Positions 47,734 through 56,988 of a DNA stretch of 64,000 bases are shown piece by piece (positions within the stretch are counted from its first letter, which is position 1; each line of letters begins with the position of its first letter). A model generated the notes under the pieces. That model had not been told where the DNA came from, did no database searches, and was given only the letters and a program-made list of their open reading frames with translations. The position numbers and the translations under genes are program-made. Source of the DNA: Candidatus Curtissbacteria bacterium (GTDB taxonomy: Bacteria; Patescibacteriota; Microgenomatia; Curtissbacterales; GWA2-41-24); contig JAUSJC010000010.1 in assembly GCA_030647775.1 (NCBI GenBank), positions 433,334-497,333 on the forward strand, read 5' to 3'.

Positions 47734-48423
47734 AGGGTCCGACCCTATGCCGGCTAAAAATTCTATTAAACAATTCGTAGAAAACGGAATCTATCACCTT
47801 TACAACAGGGGAGTGGAGAAACGGAATATATTCCTTGACGAGCAAGATTATTCGGTTTTTCTTGGTTACATCAAGCAGTACCTAGATGACACAGAGCCTG
47901 ATACAGGGTCGGACCCTAAATCATTAGCAGGTGAGATAGATCTTCTGGCCTTTTGTCTTATGCCGAACCATTTTCATTTTCTGGTTAAACAGACCACAAA
48001 AGATGGTATCACTAAGTTTATAAGGGCAGTGTGCACAAATTACGTCATGTATTTCAATAAGAAATACGACAGGGTCGGCACTTTATTTCAAGGCAAATAT
48101 AAAGGGCTTTTAATCGATAACGATGTTTATCTTTTGCATCTTTCTCGCTATATTCACCTCAACCCTCTTAAAATAGGGTCCGACCCTAAACAAAGCTATT
48201 CTAGTTACAGTTATTACCTCGGCAGAAAGCAGGCTAAATGGTTAAAGCCTGATACGGTCCTTGACTTTTTTAGAACAGCCAGCAAAACTAGCTTAACAGA
48301 TTATTTATCCTACGAAAGCTTTGTAGATGATTATGTTGAAGAGCCCGGAACGGTCATCGAGGATCTGACTCTTGAAGACGAGAGCGAAGATTAGGATAAA
48401 TTAGTAAATTAGGGTCGGACCCT
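47734..48423. repeat. four AGGGTC(C/G)GACCCT palindromes flanking and within the Y1 transposase gene
   Basis: Copies at 47734-47746, 47905-47917, 48175-48187 and 48411-48423. Confidence 0.9.
47747..48394 (+). CDS. REP-associated tyrosine (Y1/HUH) transposase, RAYT-like
   Basis: YHLYNRG, AFCLMPNHFHFL (HUH), YFNKKY.RVGTLFQGKY, LSRYIHLNP, YSSY. Confidence 0.92.
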   Translation: MPAKNSIKQFVENGIYHLYNRGVEKRNIFLDEQDYSVFLGYIKQYLDDTEPDTGSDPKSLAGEIDLLAFCLMPNHFHFLVKQTTKDGITKFIRAVCTNYVMYFNKKYDRVGTLFQGKYKGLLIDNDVYLLHLSRYIHLNPLKIGSDPKQSYSSYSYYLGRKQAKWLKPDTVLDFFRTASKTSLTDYLSYESFVDDYVEEPGTVIEDLTLEDESED

Positions 48424-48432
48424 TGGATTTGA

Positions 48433-48738
48433 ATGATTTTAATTCTCACAACCTTTCCCAATAAAACCGAAGCGGTAAAAATCGGCGAGGCGATTTTAGA
48501 CGAAAAACTGGCTGTTTGCTGGAATCTATTTCCGGTGGATTCAAATTATCGCTGGAAAGGCAAAATAGTAAAAGATAAAGAACTTTTGATGATCATTAAA
48601 ACCAAAGACGAAAACTTTGAGAAGATCGAAGATTTTATAAAAAAGAATCATTCCTACGAAGTTCCGGAGATTATATCCGTAAAAGCAAATAAAATAAACG
48701 CTTCTTATTTAGCTTGGGTCAATCAAGAAACTTCATGA
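48433..48738 (+). CDS. cutA: divalent-cation tolerance protein CutA
   Basis: TTFP, LAVC, SNYRWKGKI..E..IIKT, HSYEVPEI. Confidence 0.93.
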   Translation: MILILTTFPNKTEAVKIGEAILDEKLAVCWNLFPVDSNYRWKGKIVKDKELLMIIKTKDENFEKIEDFIKKNHSYEVPEIISVKANKINASYLAWVNQETS

Positions 48739-49346
48739 GACTAATCGATCTGTCAGTACCGATCAACGAAGATACTCCGATTTATCCGGGAGATCCGAAA
48801 ACAGAGATTAAGCCAAATGGAGTTATGGATACAGATGGTTACGAGGACCATTTTGTTTGTGTCGGTACTCATGTGGGGACTCACGTTGATGCTCCTCGGC
48901 ACATGATTAAGGACGGCAAATCATTAGATCAAATAACACCTGATAACTTTGCGGGGAGAGGAATTGTCATTGACGTTAGAAATGGCTTTAGCCTCGAAAA
49001 GGTTAAAGCAGCTGATATAAAAGAGGGGGACATAGTGCTTTTCTACACCGGTATGAGCCATCGCTACCACCAGTCAGCTTATTATGATGCCTATCCGGCG
49101 ATTACGGAAGAAATTGCCGGATACCTAGTCGAGAAAAAAATAAAAATGGTCGGTGTCGATATGTGTAGCGTTGACCATGAGCCGTTTAAAGTCCACAAAA
49201 TTTTTCTAAAAGAGCAAATTCTCATAATCGAAAATCTCACCAACCTTGAAGCATTGATTGGCAGAGAATTTAAAATCTATGCTTTTCCGATAAAACTGCA
49301 AATCGACGGAGCACCGGCAAGGGTTATCGCAGAAATTTTAGGTTGA
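48735..49346 (+). CDS. cyclase-family (kynurenine formamidase-like) metal hydrolase
   Basis: IDLSVPI, YPGDP, THVGTHVDAPRH, GVD..SVD, IIENLTNL, DGAPARV. Confidence 0.92.
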   Translation: MRLIDLSVPINEDTPIYPGDPKTEIKPNGVMDTDGYEDHFVCVGTHVGTHVDAPRHMIKDGKSLDQITPDNFAGRGIVIDVRNGFSLEKVKAADIKEGDIVLFYTGMSHRYHQSAYYDAYPAITEEIAGYLVEKKIKMVGVDMCSVDHEPFKVHKIFLKEQILIIENLTNLEALIGREFKIYAFPIKLQIDGAPARVIAEILG

Positions 49347-49715
49347 TTTCCTCTTAATTTCATTAATCCTCTTGTCGGAAATCCCGAAATGATGGGCAAT
49401 TTCATGCTCAACGGTGTCGATAATCAGCTTACGGATTTTCTCCTCATCTCCTCTTGCCAAAAATTCAATCGGTCCTCGAAAAATAGTGATTTTGTCAGGA
49501 ATCTGTAACCCTTGCCATCTTCCCCAAACCGTTTTTGGAATTCCGTGATAAAGCCCTAAAAGCAGGAGTCCTCTAGCAACTCTGCTGTTTGGCCACTCCT
49601 CGACCACGATACTTACATTATCCATTGCCGCCTTAAATTCTTCAGGCAAATCTTCGATAGCTTCATCAACCAGCTTTTCGAACTTGCTAATTTCCATCAA
49701 CTCAAATTTTACCAT
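49338..49715 (-). CDS. zincin-like minimal metallopeptidase (DUF1025)
   Basis: LLGLYHGIP, PDKITIFRGP, HEIAHHFGISD; start at 49715 or 49697. Confidence 0.88.
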   Translation of the reverse strand: MVKFELMEISKFEKLVDEAIEDLPEEFKAAMDNVSIVVEEWPNSRVARGLLLLGLYHGIPKTVWGRWQGLQIPDKITIFRGPIEFLARGDEEKIRKLIIDTVEHEIAHHFGISDKRINEIKRKST

Positions 49716-49736
49716 TCTGCTAGAATTATTCCTGTC

Positions 49737-50420
49737 ATGTATAGAGAAGAAAGAAGGTTTAAAAATAGCAGAAGCCTGACACTTGCCGCCATTTACGAAG
49801 GCAAAAACAAAAACGCCCCGGTAGTTATCATGTGTCATGGCTATAGCAGTAGCAAAACAAGACCCTCTACAAGAACTTTAGCCAAAAGATTAACCAATGC
49901 AGGGCTGAGTGTTTATCGTTTCGATTTTACAGGCAATGGAAAGTCAGAAGGGAATTTAAAAAACCTTACACCAATTGTGGGTCTAGATGATTTAAAAAGC
50001 GCAATTAAAGATTTGGGCAGAAAAGATTTTGCCCTTTTTGGCTCCAGTTTCGGTGGCTATGTAGCATTGTTATACGCATTAGAAAACCCCATTATGGCAC
50101 TGGCACTGCGCGCGCCGGTTTCTAGCTACCCAGCCGTTTATGAGCCGAAATATAAAGAAGAAATGAAGAAAATTGTAAAAGAGGTAGCGGCAATAGATAT
50201 TTATAAGGAAGCAAAGAATATTAAATGCCCCGTACAAATTACCCATGGCGACGCCGACGATGTAGTACCAATTGCTCAAAGCAAAAAACTCCTCGAATCT
50301 TTATCAGGCATTAAACAGCTGGAGATCATTAAAGGGTCTAGGCATGCTCCAAAAGGAAAGTATTTGTCTAAATCAAATAGAGTTTTAGCCCAATTTCTTA
50401 CACAAACTCTGTTGAAGTAA
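49737..50420 (+). CDS. alpha/beta hydrolase
   Basis: CHGY, RFDFTGNGKSEG, GSSFGG, HGDADDVV, GSRH. Confidence 0.92.
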   Translation: MYREERRFKNSRSLTLAAIYEGKNKNAPVVIMCHGYSSSKTRPSTRTLAKRLTNAGLSVYRFDFTGNGKSEGNLKNLTPIVGLDDLKSAIKDLGRKDFALFGSSFGGYVALLYALENPIMALALRAPVSSYPAVYEPKYKEEMKKIVKEVAAIDIYKEAKNIKCPVQITHGDADDVVPIAQSKKLLESLSGIKQLEIIKGSRHAPKGKYLSKSNRVLAQFLTQTLLK

Positions 50421-50449
50421 GCATTTCCATCTGACATAATTAGCTTCAT

Positions 50450-53383
50450 ATGGCAAAACAGCAAAAATTTAAGCCCGTTGACCCAAAACAGGATTTTGTG
50501 GCGATGGAGAAAAAGCTTTTGGACTACTGGTACAAAGAGGGGATAGTCGAAAAATATCTCAAGAAAAACCGAAGTTCCAAAAAGAAATTCTCATTCCTCG
50601 ACGGCCCGATAACCGCCAACAACCCAATGGGCATCCACCACGCATGGGGAAGGACTTACAAGGATCTTTGGCAGCGTTTTTACAATATGCAGGGTTACGC
50701 CGGCCGTTTCCAAAACGGTTTTGACGAGCAAGGTCTTTGGGTCGAAGTCGAAGTCGAAAAAGAGCTGGGTTTTAAAAATAAAAAAGATATCGAAAAATTT
50801 GGAATCGACAAGTTCGTTAATCTTTGCAAAGAACGTGTCAAAAAATTCTCGCGCGTTCAAACCGAGCAAAGCAAACGCTTGGGTTACTTTATGGACTGGG
50901 AAAATTCCTATCACACCTCTTCTGACGAAAATAACTATGCCATCTGGAATTTCCTGAAAGTTTGTAATCAAAAAGGATATTTATATAAAGGCCGCGATTC
51001 CGTGCCCTGGTGCCCCCGTTGCGGCACGGCCATTTCCCAGCACGAAATCTTAACAGAAGAATACAAAGAAATAACCCACGATTCGATCTACTTCAAACTA
51101 CCTCTTATCGACCAGCCACACAAGTATCTTCTAGTATGGACAACCACACCCTGGACCATTCCCGGGAATGTTGCTGTAACCGTCGACCCTAAAGAAACCT
51201 ATACCGAATATCCCATTAGCAGTAACGAATATGTTTTAGTAATGAAAAAGGCCGTTGAGAGGCTAATAAAAGAAAAAGTATTAGAAAGAACTACCGCAAT
51301 AATAACGGATGAGGTTCTGGGGGCATCACTCCTCGACAAAAAATATATTGCCCCATTTGACGATTTTGAAGGAGTAAAGAAATCTCTAGATGGTTACGTA
51401 CATAAAGTCGTAGCAAGTGATGAGCAAATATTACCTATCTCGTCAGAAGAGGGAACAGGGATTATTCACCTTGCTCCGGGCGCAGGGGCAGAAGATTTTG
51501 CTATTTCAAAAAAAGAGAACTTACCAGTAGTCGAGCTAATCGATGAAGAAGCGAATTACCTTTCCGGCTTAGGCAAATTTTCTGGCCAAAGTGCTAAAGA
51601 CCATCCGGAATTAATCACGTCTTATTTAAAAGAAAAAGACAAGGGAAACTTTTTGCTCACAGTCCAACCTTACACTCATCGTTACCCGACTTGCTGGCGC
51701 TGCAAAACAGAACTGGTTTGGCGAGTCGTCGATGAATGGTATATCGCCATGGACCGTAAAGATCCCGATGACAAGAAGGGTCGGACCCTACGCCAGGAAA
51801 TGGTCGATGTCGCCAAAAAGATCACGTGGATTCCAAAGTTTGGCTTGGGAAGAGAGCTCGACTGGCTTAAAAATATGCACGACTGGCTGATTTCCAAAGA
51901 AAGATACTGGGGGTTGGCGCTGCCAATTTGGGAATGCACCAAGTGCGGCAGCTTTGAAGTCATTGGATCAAAAGAAGAACTAAAAGAGAGAGCTGTAGCC
52001 GGCTGGGACGGGTTTGAGGGGCAGTCTCCCCACAGGCCTCAAATTGACGAAATAAAAATAAAATGTTCCAAGTGCGCTGAAACAGTGACCAGAATTAAAG
52101 CGGTCGGCAATGTTTGGCTGGATGCCGGCATCGTGCCTTTTTCTACCATGTCCCAAGACTGGTTTCCGGCGGATTTCATTACCGAATCTTTTCCCGGCCA
52201 GTTTAAAAACTGGTTTTATAGCTTAATTGCCATGTCCACGGTTTTGAAAAATGAAAATTCTTTTAAAACCGTTTTAGGCTTCGCCACACTACTGGACGAA
52301 AAAGGCGAGGAGATGCACAAGTCGAAAGGTAACGCCATCGAATTCAACGAAGCCGCCGACAAAATCGGCGTCGACGTCATGCGTTGGATGTACGCAAAGC
52401 AAAACCCCGTTAATAATCTTTTATTTGGTTATCATGTTGCAGATGAAGTCCGAAGACGCTTTTATTTAATTCTTTGGAATGTTTATTCATTTTTCGTAAC
52501 CTACGCCAATCTAAACGACTTTTCTCTTCCCCGTCATTCTGGGGAGCGAAGCGACTCCAGAATCGATTCTGGACAAGTCCTTCGACTTCGCTCAGGACCT
52601 CAGGACCGTGAGTTTACCGAATCGGCCAGAGTGACAAAGAATGCCCTCGATAACTGGATAATCTCCCGACTAAACTCAACTATAAAAATGGTTACCGATT
52701 CGCTTACCAAATACGATGCTCAAATTGCCTCTACCGCCATTGAAGATTTTGTCATCGGCGATCTTTCTACCTGGTACATAAGAAGAAGCAGGGACAGGGT
52801 AGAGGAGGCGCTGCCTACGATCTACGATATTCTAGTCACGCTCTCAAAATTACTTTCACCATTCACGCCCTTTATCGCCGAAGAAATATATATGAATTTG
52901 GTAGAGGAGCAGTCCGTAAACCTTGCCGACTTCCCTACTTCCAACGCAAAACTCATTGATAAAAATCTCGAAGACCAAATGGCAATTGCACGGACTATTG
53001 TTGAAAAAGCCCATTCGGCAAGAAAAGAAGCCGGCATCAAAGTCCGCCAGCCGCTTGCATCTCTAACTTACGGTGAAGAAAAACTTCCCGAGCAAATCGA
53101 GAAAATAATCGCTGACGAAGTTAATGTTAAAGAAGTAATTACCAAAAAGGGATCAAAAATTACTCTCGATACTAAATTCACTCCGGCGCTAGTTGCAGAG
53201 GGTCAAGCCCGCGAGATAATCCGCAGTATCCAGCAGGCCAGAAAAGATGCCGGCTGTGATCTTGCCGAAAAAGTTACGGTGACACTCCCCGATTGGCCCA
53301 AGGAATTTGAGGAAGAAATTAAAAAGCAAACATTAACGTCGAAACTTGTTAAAGGCAAGAAGCTTGAAATCATTAGGTCTTAA
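50450..53383 (+). CDS. ileS: isoleucine--tRNA ligase, type 2
   Basis: LDGPITAN..MGIHH, WTTTPWT, GTGIIH.APG, DWLISKERYWG..PIW, WLDAG, EMHKSKGN, STWYIRRSR; C-terminus lacks the type-1 zinc finger. Confidence 0.96.
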   Translation: MAKQQKFKPVDPKQDFVAMEKKLLDYWYKEGIVEKYLKKNRSSKKKFSFLDGPITANNPMGIHHAWGRTYKDLWQRFYNMQGYAGRFQNGFDEQGLWVEVEVEKELGFKNKKDIEKFGIDKFVNLCKERVKKFSRVQTEQSKRLGYFMDWENSYHTSSDENNYAIWNFLKVCNQKGYLYKGRDSVPWCPRCGTAISQHEILTEEYKEITHDSIYFKLPLIDQPHKYLLVWTTTPWTIPGNVAVTVDPKETYTEYPISSNEYVLVMKKAVERLIKEKVLERTTAIITDEVLGASLLDKKYIAPFDDFEGVKKSLDGYVHKVVASDEQILPISSEEGTGIIHLAPGAGAEDFAISKKENLPVVELIDEEANYLSGLGKFSGQSAKDHPELITSYLKEKDKGNFLLTVQPYTHRYPTCWRCKTELVWRVVDEWYIAMDRKDPDDKKGRTLRQEMVDVAKKITWIPKFGLGRELDWLKNMHDWLISKERYWGLALPIWECTKCGSFEVIGSKEELKERAVAGWDGFEGQSPHRPQIDEIKIKCSKCAETVTRIKAVGNVWLDAGIVPFSTMSQDWFPADFITESFPGQFKNWFYSLIAMSTVLKNENSFKTVLGFATLLDEKGEEMHKSKGNAIEFNEAADKIGVDVMRWMYAKQNPVNNLLFGYHVADEVRRRFYLILWNVYSFFVTYANLNDFSLPRHSGERSDSRIDSGQVLRLRSGPQDREFTESARVTKNALDNWIISRLNSTIKMVTDSLTKYDAQIASTAIEDFVIGDLSTWYIRRSRDRVEEALPTIYDILVTLSKLLSPFTPFIAEEIYMNLVEEQSVNLADFPTSNAKLIDKNLEDQMAIARTIVEKAHSARKEAGIKVRQPLASLTYGEEKLPEQIEKIIADEVNVKEVITKKGSKITLDTKFTPALVAEGQAREIIRSIQQARKDAGCDLAEKVTVTLPDWPKEFEEEIKKQTLTSKLVKGKKLEIIRS
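51777..51789. repeat. AGGGTCGGACCCT palindrome inside ileS
   Basis: Exact copy of the RAYT-associated 13-mer, read here as part of KGRTL. Confidence 0.75.
52533..52635. repeat. in-frame composite palindromic insertion in ileS
   Basis: GTCATTCTGG...CCAGAATC / GATTCTGG...CCAGAGTGAC pair with nested CCTTCGACTTCGCTCAGG (52579-52596); encodes RHSGERSDSRIDSGQVLRLRSGPQDREFTESARVT. Confidence 0.85.
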
Positions 53384-53387
53384 ACTG

Positions 53388-53521
53388 GTCATCCGAACTC
53401 GTCTCGGCATCTAGATCCTGAAACAAGTTCAGGATGACGCTAAGATTGCTTCGCGGAGTTTACCCCGACCTGAACAGATCCTTCGCTTCGCTCAGGATGA
53501 CAGGGAGGGGCGCGCAATGAC
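53388..53521. repeat. composite REP-like cluster between ileS and rodA
   Basis: GTCATCCGAACTCGTCTCGGCATCT + AGATCCTGAAACAAGTTCAGGATGAC, then AGATTGCTTCG...CGCAATGAC containing AGATCCTTCGCTTCGCTCAGGATGAC. Confidence 0.85.
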
Positions 53522-53532
53522 ATAATCTAAAA

Positions 53533-54576
53533 ATGCAACGTAAGTGGGATCTTCCGGCGCTTTTCCTGATTCTGGCGCTTGGCGCGATTTCTCTTTTGGT
53601 TATTTTCTCAATCAGCAGAAACCTTGCCACAAATCAGCTTATCTTTTGGATTATTGGCCTTGCCGTTCTTTCGGCAACATCACTTTTTCCCTACAATAAT
53701 TGGCAACGGCTATCCGTCCCCTTTTATATTTTTGTCCTTATTTGTCTTTTCCTCTTATTTTTTATTGGCCAGCCAATTCGTGGTTCTATCCGCTGGATCG
53801 ATTTGGGGCCATTCCGGTTCCAGCCTTCGGAACTGGCCAAAATCGCCAGCATTTTTCTTTTGGCCAATTTCTATAGCGAAAGGTCCGCCCGACAACTTAA
53901 AAATCTCATCACAAGTTTTGCCATCATTCTGCCGGCCATTGTTCTTATTTTCTTTGAGCCGGATCTTGGCAATTCTCTGGCCTTAATTGCCATTTGGTTT
54001 GGTATTTCCCTTGTTTCCGGATTTAAGCTAAAAACGATTGGCGTTTTTGTTTTGGCTGCCCTCATCTTTACTTTTTTTGGGTATGAGCTATTGTCCGGTT
54101 ACCAAAAGGACCGCATTGCCACGTTTATTAATCCGGCAAAGGATCCGCTTGGCACAGGCTACAACATTATCCAATCTAAAATTGCCATCGGTTCCGGTCA
54201 GTTCTTTGGAAGGGGACTGGGACACGGTTCACAGTCACAGCTTAAGTTCCTTCCGGAGGCGGAGAGCGATTTTATTTTCGCTTCGATTGCTGAACAGCTT
54301 GGTTTTCTGGGCGCAGTCCTAATAGTTTTACTTCAGGGCAGTTTAATCCTAAGGATCATCGGATTTTTGCAAAATGCCGAAAAATTCGGCCGGCTCGTCA
54401 TAATCGGCGCTGTTTCTTTTCTCCTTTTACAATTTATGGTTAATGTCGGCATGAACATGGGCCTTCTTCCCGTTACGGGAATCACTCTCCCGCTGGTTTC
54501 CTACGGCGGCTCCTCGCTAATTTCCACGCTTTTCCTCCTCGGAATTGTATTTTCAGTAAAGCGATATCAGTACTAA
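53533..54576 (+). CDS. rodA: SEDS protein RodA
   Basis: RWIDLGPFRFQPSELAK, EPDLG, YQKDRI, DPLGTGYNIIQSKIAIGSG, FLPEAESDFIF, GITLPLVSYGGSS. Confidence 0.93.
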   Translation: MQRKWDLPALFLILALGAISLLVIFSISRNLATNQLIFWIIGLAVLSATSLFPYNNWQRLSVPFYIFVLICLFLLFFIGQPIRGSIRWIDLGPFRFQPSELAKIASIFLLANFYSERSARQLKNLITSFAIILPAIVLIFFEPDLGNSLALIAIWFGISLVSGFKLKTIGVFVLAALIFTFFGYELLSGYQKDRIATFINPAKDPLGTGYNIIQSKIAIGSGQFFGRGLGHGSQSQLKFLPEAESDFIFASIAEQLGFLGAVLIVLLQGSLILRIIGFLQNAEKFGRLVIIGAVSFLLLQFMVNVGMNMGLLPVTGITLPLVSYGGSSLISTLFLLGIVFSVKRYQY

Positions 54577-54617
54577 CCGAACCCTTCCGTAGCTCCCTTG
54601 GAGCGAAGGAGGGTCGG
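54577..54617. repeat. palindromic repeat after rodA (possible terminator)
   Basis: CCGAACCCTTCCGTAGCTCCCTTGGAGCGAAGGAGGGTCGG; resembles the reverse complement of 20432-20460. Confidence 0.5.
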
Positions 54618-54688
54618 CGTCGTTTTTTCGGTAGAAAGATACCAGTATTGAAAGCTGGAGCCGCAAAATGTTAGAATTCTTCCTTAAT

Positions 54689-54994
54689 ATGTGGGCAGTT
54701 ATTAAAACCGGCGGGAAACAATACAAAGTTACAGAAGGTCAGTCTTTGGCTGTGGAAAAACTCGATGGTAAAGACGGCAAGGTCACTTTTGATCAGGTTC
54801 TTGCTTTAGGCGGCGACAAAGTCCAGGTTGGCACACCATTCTTGGACAAAGTTAAAGTAACCGGTAAGGTTTTGGAACAATTCAGGGGTGACAAAATAAG
54901 GGTTGTTAAGTTTAAATCCAAATCGCGCTATACCAGGACAACCGGCCACAGGCAGAACCTTACAAGGGTTTTGATCGAGAAAATTTCCACTTAA
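54689..54994 (+). CDS. rplU: 50S ribosomal protein L21
   Basis: MWAVIKTGGKQYKV, VGTPF, GHRQ.LT. Confidence 0.97.
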   Translation: MWAVIKTGGKQYKVTEGQSLAVEKLDGKDGKVTFDQVLALGGDKVQVGTPFLDKVKVTGKVLEQFRGDKIRVVKFKSKSRYTRTTGHRQNLTRVLIEKIST

Positions 54995-55001
54995 CCAAAG
55001 C

Positions 55002-55126
55002 GTCATGCCGAACTCTAGCCCCGAGCGAAGCGAGGGCGCATGGCACTGTATATTTCGGCATCTTTTTAGATCCTGAATCAAGCCTTCGAGGCCGTGAGCC
55101 CTCAGGCCGAATCGGTTCAGGATGAC
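55002..55126. repeat. composite nested REP-like element between rplU and rpmA
   Basis: GTCATGCCGAA[insert 55016-55050]TTCGGCATCT then AGATCCTGAA[CCTTCGAGGCCGTGAG...CCGAATCG]TTCAGGATGAC. Confidence 0.85.
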
Positions 55127-55162
55127 AAAGGGAATAGATCAAATAGTAACGGAAATATCTCA

Positions 55163-55191
55163 TTGACACTGCGTGAAAAGCACGGTAGAAT
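55163..55191 (+). promoter_or_regulatory. sigma70-type promoter for rpmA
   Basis: TTGACA (55163-55168), 17-bp spacer, TAGAAT (55186-55191). Confidence 0.75.
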
Positions 55192-55206
55192 TTCAACGGA
55201 ACTAAA

Positions 55207-55452
55207 ATGGCACACAAAAAAGCAGGCGGAGCAGTAACAAAAAACCGCGACACAGGTGGAAAGCGCTTAGGCGTTAAGATTTACGGCGACCAAAAAGCCG
55301 CGCCCGGCAATATTATTCTTAGGCAGCGCGGTACCAAATTTTTCCCGGGCAATGGTACCAAAATGGGCCGGGACCACACGATTTTCGCTATCGTTCAGGG
55401 CATTGTAAAATTCAAGCAAAAAATCGGCAGAAAGTTTATTGAAGTAGTCTAA
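55207..55452 (+). CDS. rpmA: 50S ribosomal protein L27
   Basis: [37 protein letters not shown]. Confidence 0.97.
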   Translation: MAHKKAGGAVTKNRDTGGKRLGVKIYGDQKAAPGNIILRQRGTKFFPGNGTKMGRDHTIFAIVQGIVKFKQKIGRKFIEVV

Positions 55453-55457
55453 GTTTA

Positions 55458-56288
55458 ATGGAAGACTTCCAGATCTTCGAAATCGATATTGATATGTTGC
55501 AGCCAAACCCGCTGCAGCCCCGTGGTTTAATTACCCCCGATTCTTTAATAGAAATAGTTGACTCCGTCAGGGAACACGGTGTTTTGGAACCACTGGTTGT
55601 TGCCAAAACTCCGGCCGGTTATCAGATTATTGCCGGTGAGCGCAGGTGGCGGTCCGCAAAAATCGCCGGCCTTTCCAAGGTTCCGGTCATCATCAAAGAA
55701 ACCACTCCCCAGGGAATGCTTGAGATGGCTATCATCGAAAATGTCCAGAGGGTCGATTTAAATCCCCTGGAACGGGCCCAGGCTTTCAGGAGGTTATTGG
55801 ACGAATTCGGCCTTTCAACCGGTGAAATCGCCGTTAAAGTCGGCAAAAGCGCCCCCTATGTTTCCAATACCCTGCGGCTTCTTACGGTGCCGGATGTTTT
55901 AAAAGACGCCCTTGCTTCCGGTGCAACGACCGAAGGCCACGTCCGCGCTCTTGCTTCTCTTGAGGATCCTCATTTGATACTGGAAGCTTACAAACTCATT
56001 CTTTCTAAAAACCTTTCCGTCCGCGGAGCCGAAGAGCTTTCAAGAAAGATGAAAGCCCGCGAAAATATCGCGCCGAAACAGCAGCAGCCGCAACTCCGGC
56101 TTCAAAATGAAGATATGGATAACTACCAGGAAGAAATGACAGCCAAACTAAATACAGAAGGCGCCGGCGTCAAAGTTAAAATCAGCCAATCAAGGATTGA
56201 AGCAAAGATGTTAATTGTTGTCCGCGGCAAAGTTGAGGCGACTTCAGCGGTAATTAAGCGTGTCAGGGATGCCGTAATTAACTCTTGA
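55458..56288 (+). CDS. parB: ParB/Spo0J partition protein
   Basis: PNPLQPR, GVLEPLVV, IIAGERRWR, IENVQRVDLNPLE, HTH VGKSAPYVSNTLRLL, EGHVRAL. Confidence 0.93.
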   Translation: MEDFQIFEIDIDMLQPNPLQPRGLITPDSLIEIVDSVREHGVLEPLVVAKTPAGYQIIAGERRWRSAKIAGLSKVPVIIKETTPQGMLEMAIIENVQRVDLNPLERAQAFRRLLDEFGLSTGEIAVKVGKSAPYVSNTLRLLTVPDVLKDALASGATTEGHVRALASLEDPHLILEAYKLILSKNLSVRGAEELSRKMKARENIAPKQQQPQLRLQNEDMDNYQEEMTAKLNTEGAGVKVKISQSRIEAKMLIVVRGKVEATSAVIKRVRDAVINS

Positions 56289-56822
56289 GATGATTCTTAC
56301 CCCCTGGCTTTGACTGGTTTTAAAAATCGGGAAATAAATAAGCCAGGCTCTCCCTCTTATACTCTCTTTCTCAATCGGCCCAAAAACCCTAGAATCCGAA
56401 GATGAGCCCCGATTGTCCCCCAGAACGAAATATTGGTTGTCACCAAGCGTCACATTGATATTGCCCTGGGTCTGCTGTGTTTCGTAAGGTTCTTTTAGTT
56501 TTTGGTTATTGATAAAAATTGCGTTGTCTTCAACCCTTACATTTTCTCCCGGTAGACCGATGATCCTTTTTATAAAGTCAACGTCTCTTGGCCCCGGGGC
56601 CTTAAAAACAATCACGTCCCCCCTCGCCGGTTTATAAAGCCGGTAAGTAACTTTTTCCGTCAACAGGAGTTCGCCATCCGCAAAATTGGGAACCATCGAT
56701 TCGCCCTTGACCCGATGGGGCTGCACCAGGAAAATGTAAACGAAAAAGAAAATCGCCAGTGAAATTGCGATTGTTTGGGCAACTTCTTTGAAAGTATCTA
56801 GAAGAAAACTTTTTAAACTCAT
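56244..56822 (-). CDS. lepB: signal peptidase I
   Basis: GESMVPNF, RGDVIVF, FIKRIIGLPG, LGDNRGSSSDSRVFG. Confidence 0.95.
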   Translation of the reverse strand: MSLKSFLLDTFKEVAQTIAISLAIFFFVYIFLVQPHRVKGESMVPNFADGELLLTEKVTYRLYKPARGDVIVFKAPGPRDVDFIKRIIGLPGENVRVEDNAIFINNQKLKEPYETQQTQGNINVTLGDNQYFVLGDNRGSSSDSRVFGPIEKESIRGRAWLIYFPIFKTSQSQGVRIISRVNYGIPDTLNYR

Positions 56823-56899
56823 AAAGTAATTGTATAATTTCTCAGGCGTTTAATGTAGAGCCAATCAAGGACAACTAGCTCAGCGCCTAATAATTATTT

Positions 56900-56972
56900 G
56901 CACGCATAGCTCAGCGGTTAGAGTGCTTGTATCACACACAAGAGGTCCCTGGTTCGAATCCAGGTGCGTGCA
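56900..56972 (+). tRNA. tRNA-Val(CAC)
   Basis: GCACGCA/TGCGTGC acceptor, GCTC..GAGT D arm, CTTGT-ATCACAC-ACAAG anticodon arm, CCTGG-TTCGAAT-CCAGG T arm; CCA not encoded. Confidence 0.95.
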
Positions 56973-56988
56973 CACTGCCGCCTAATCT

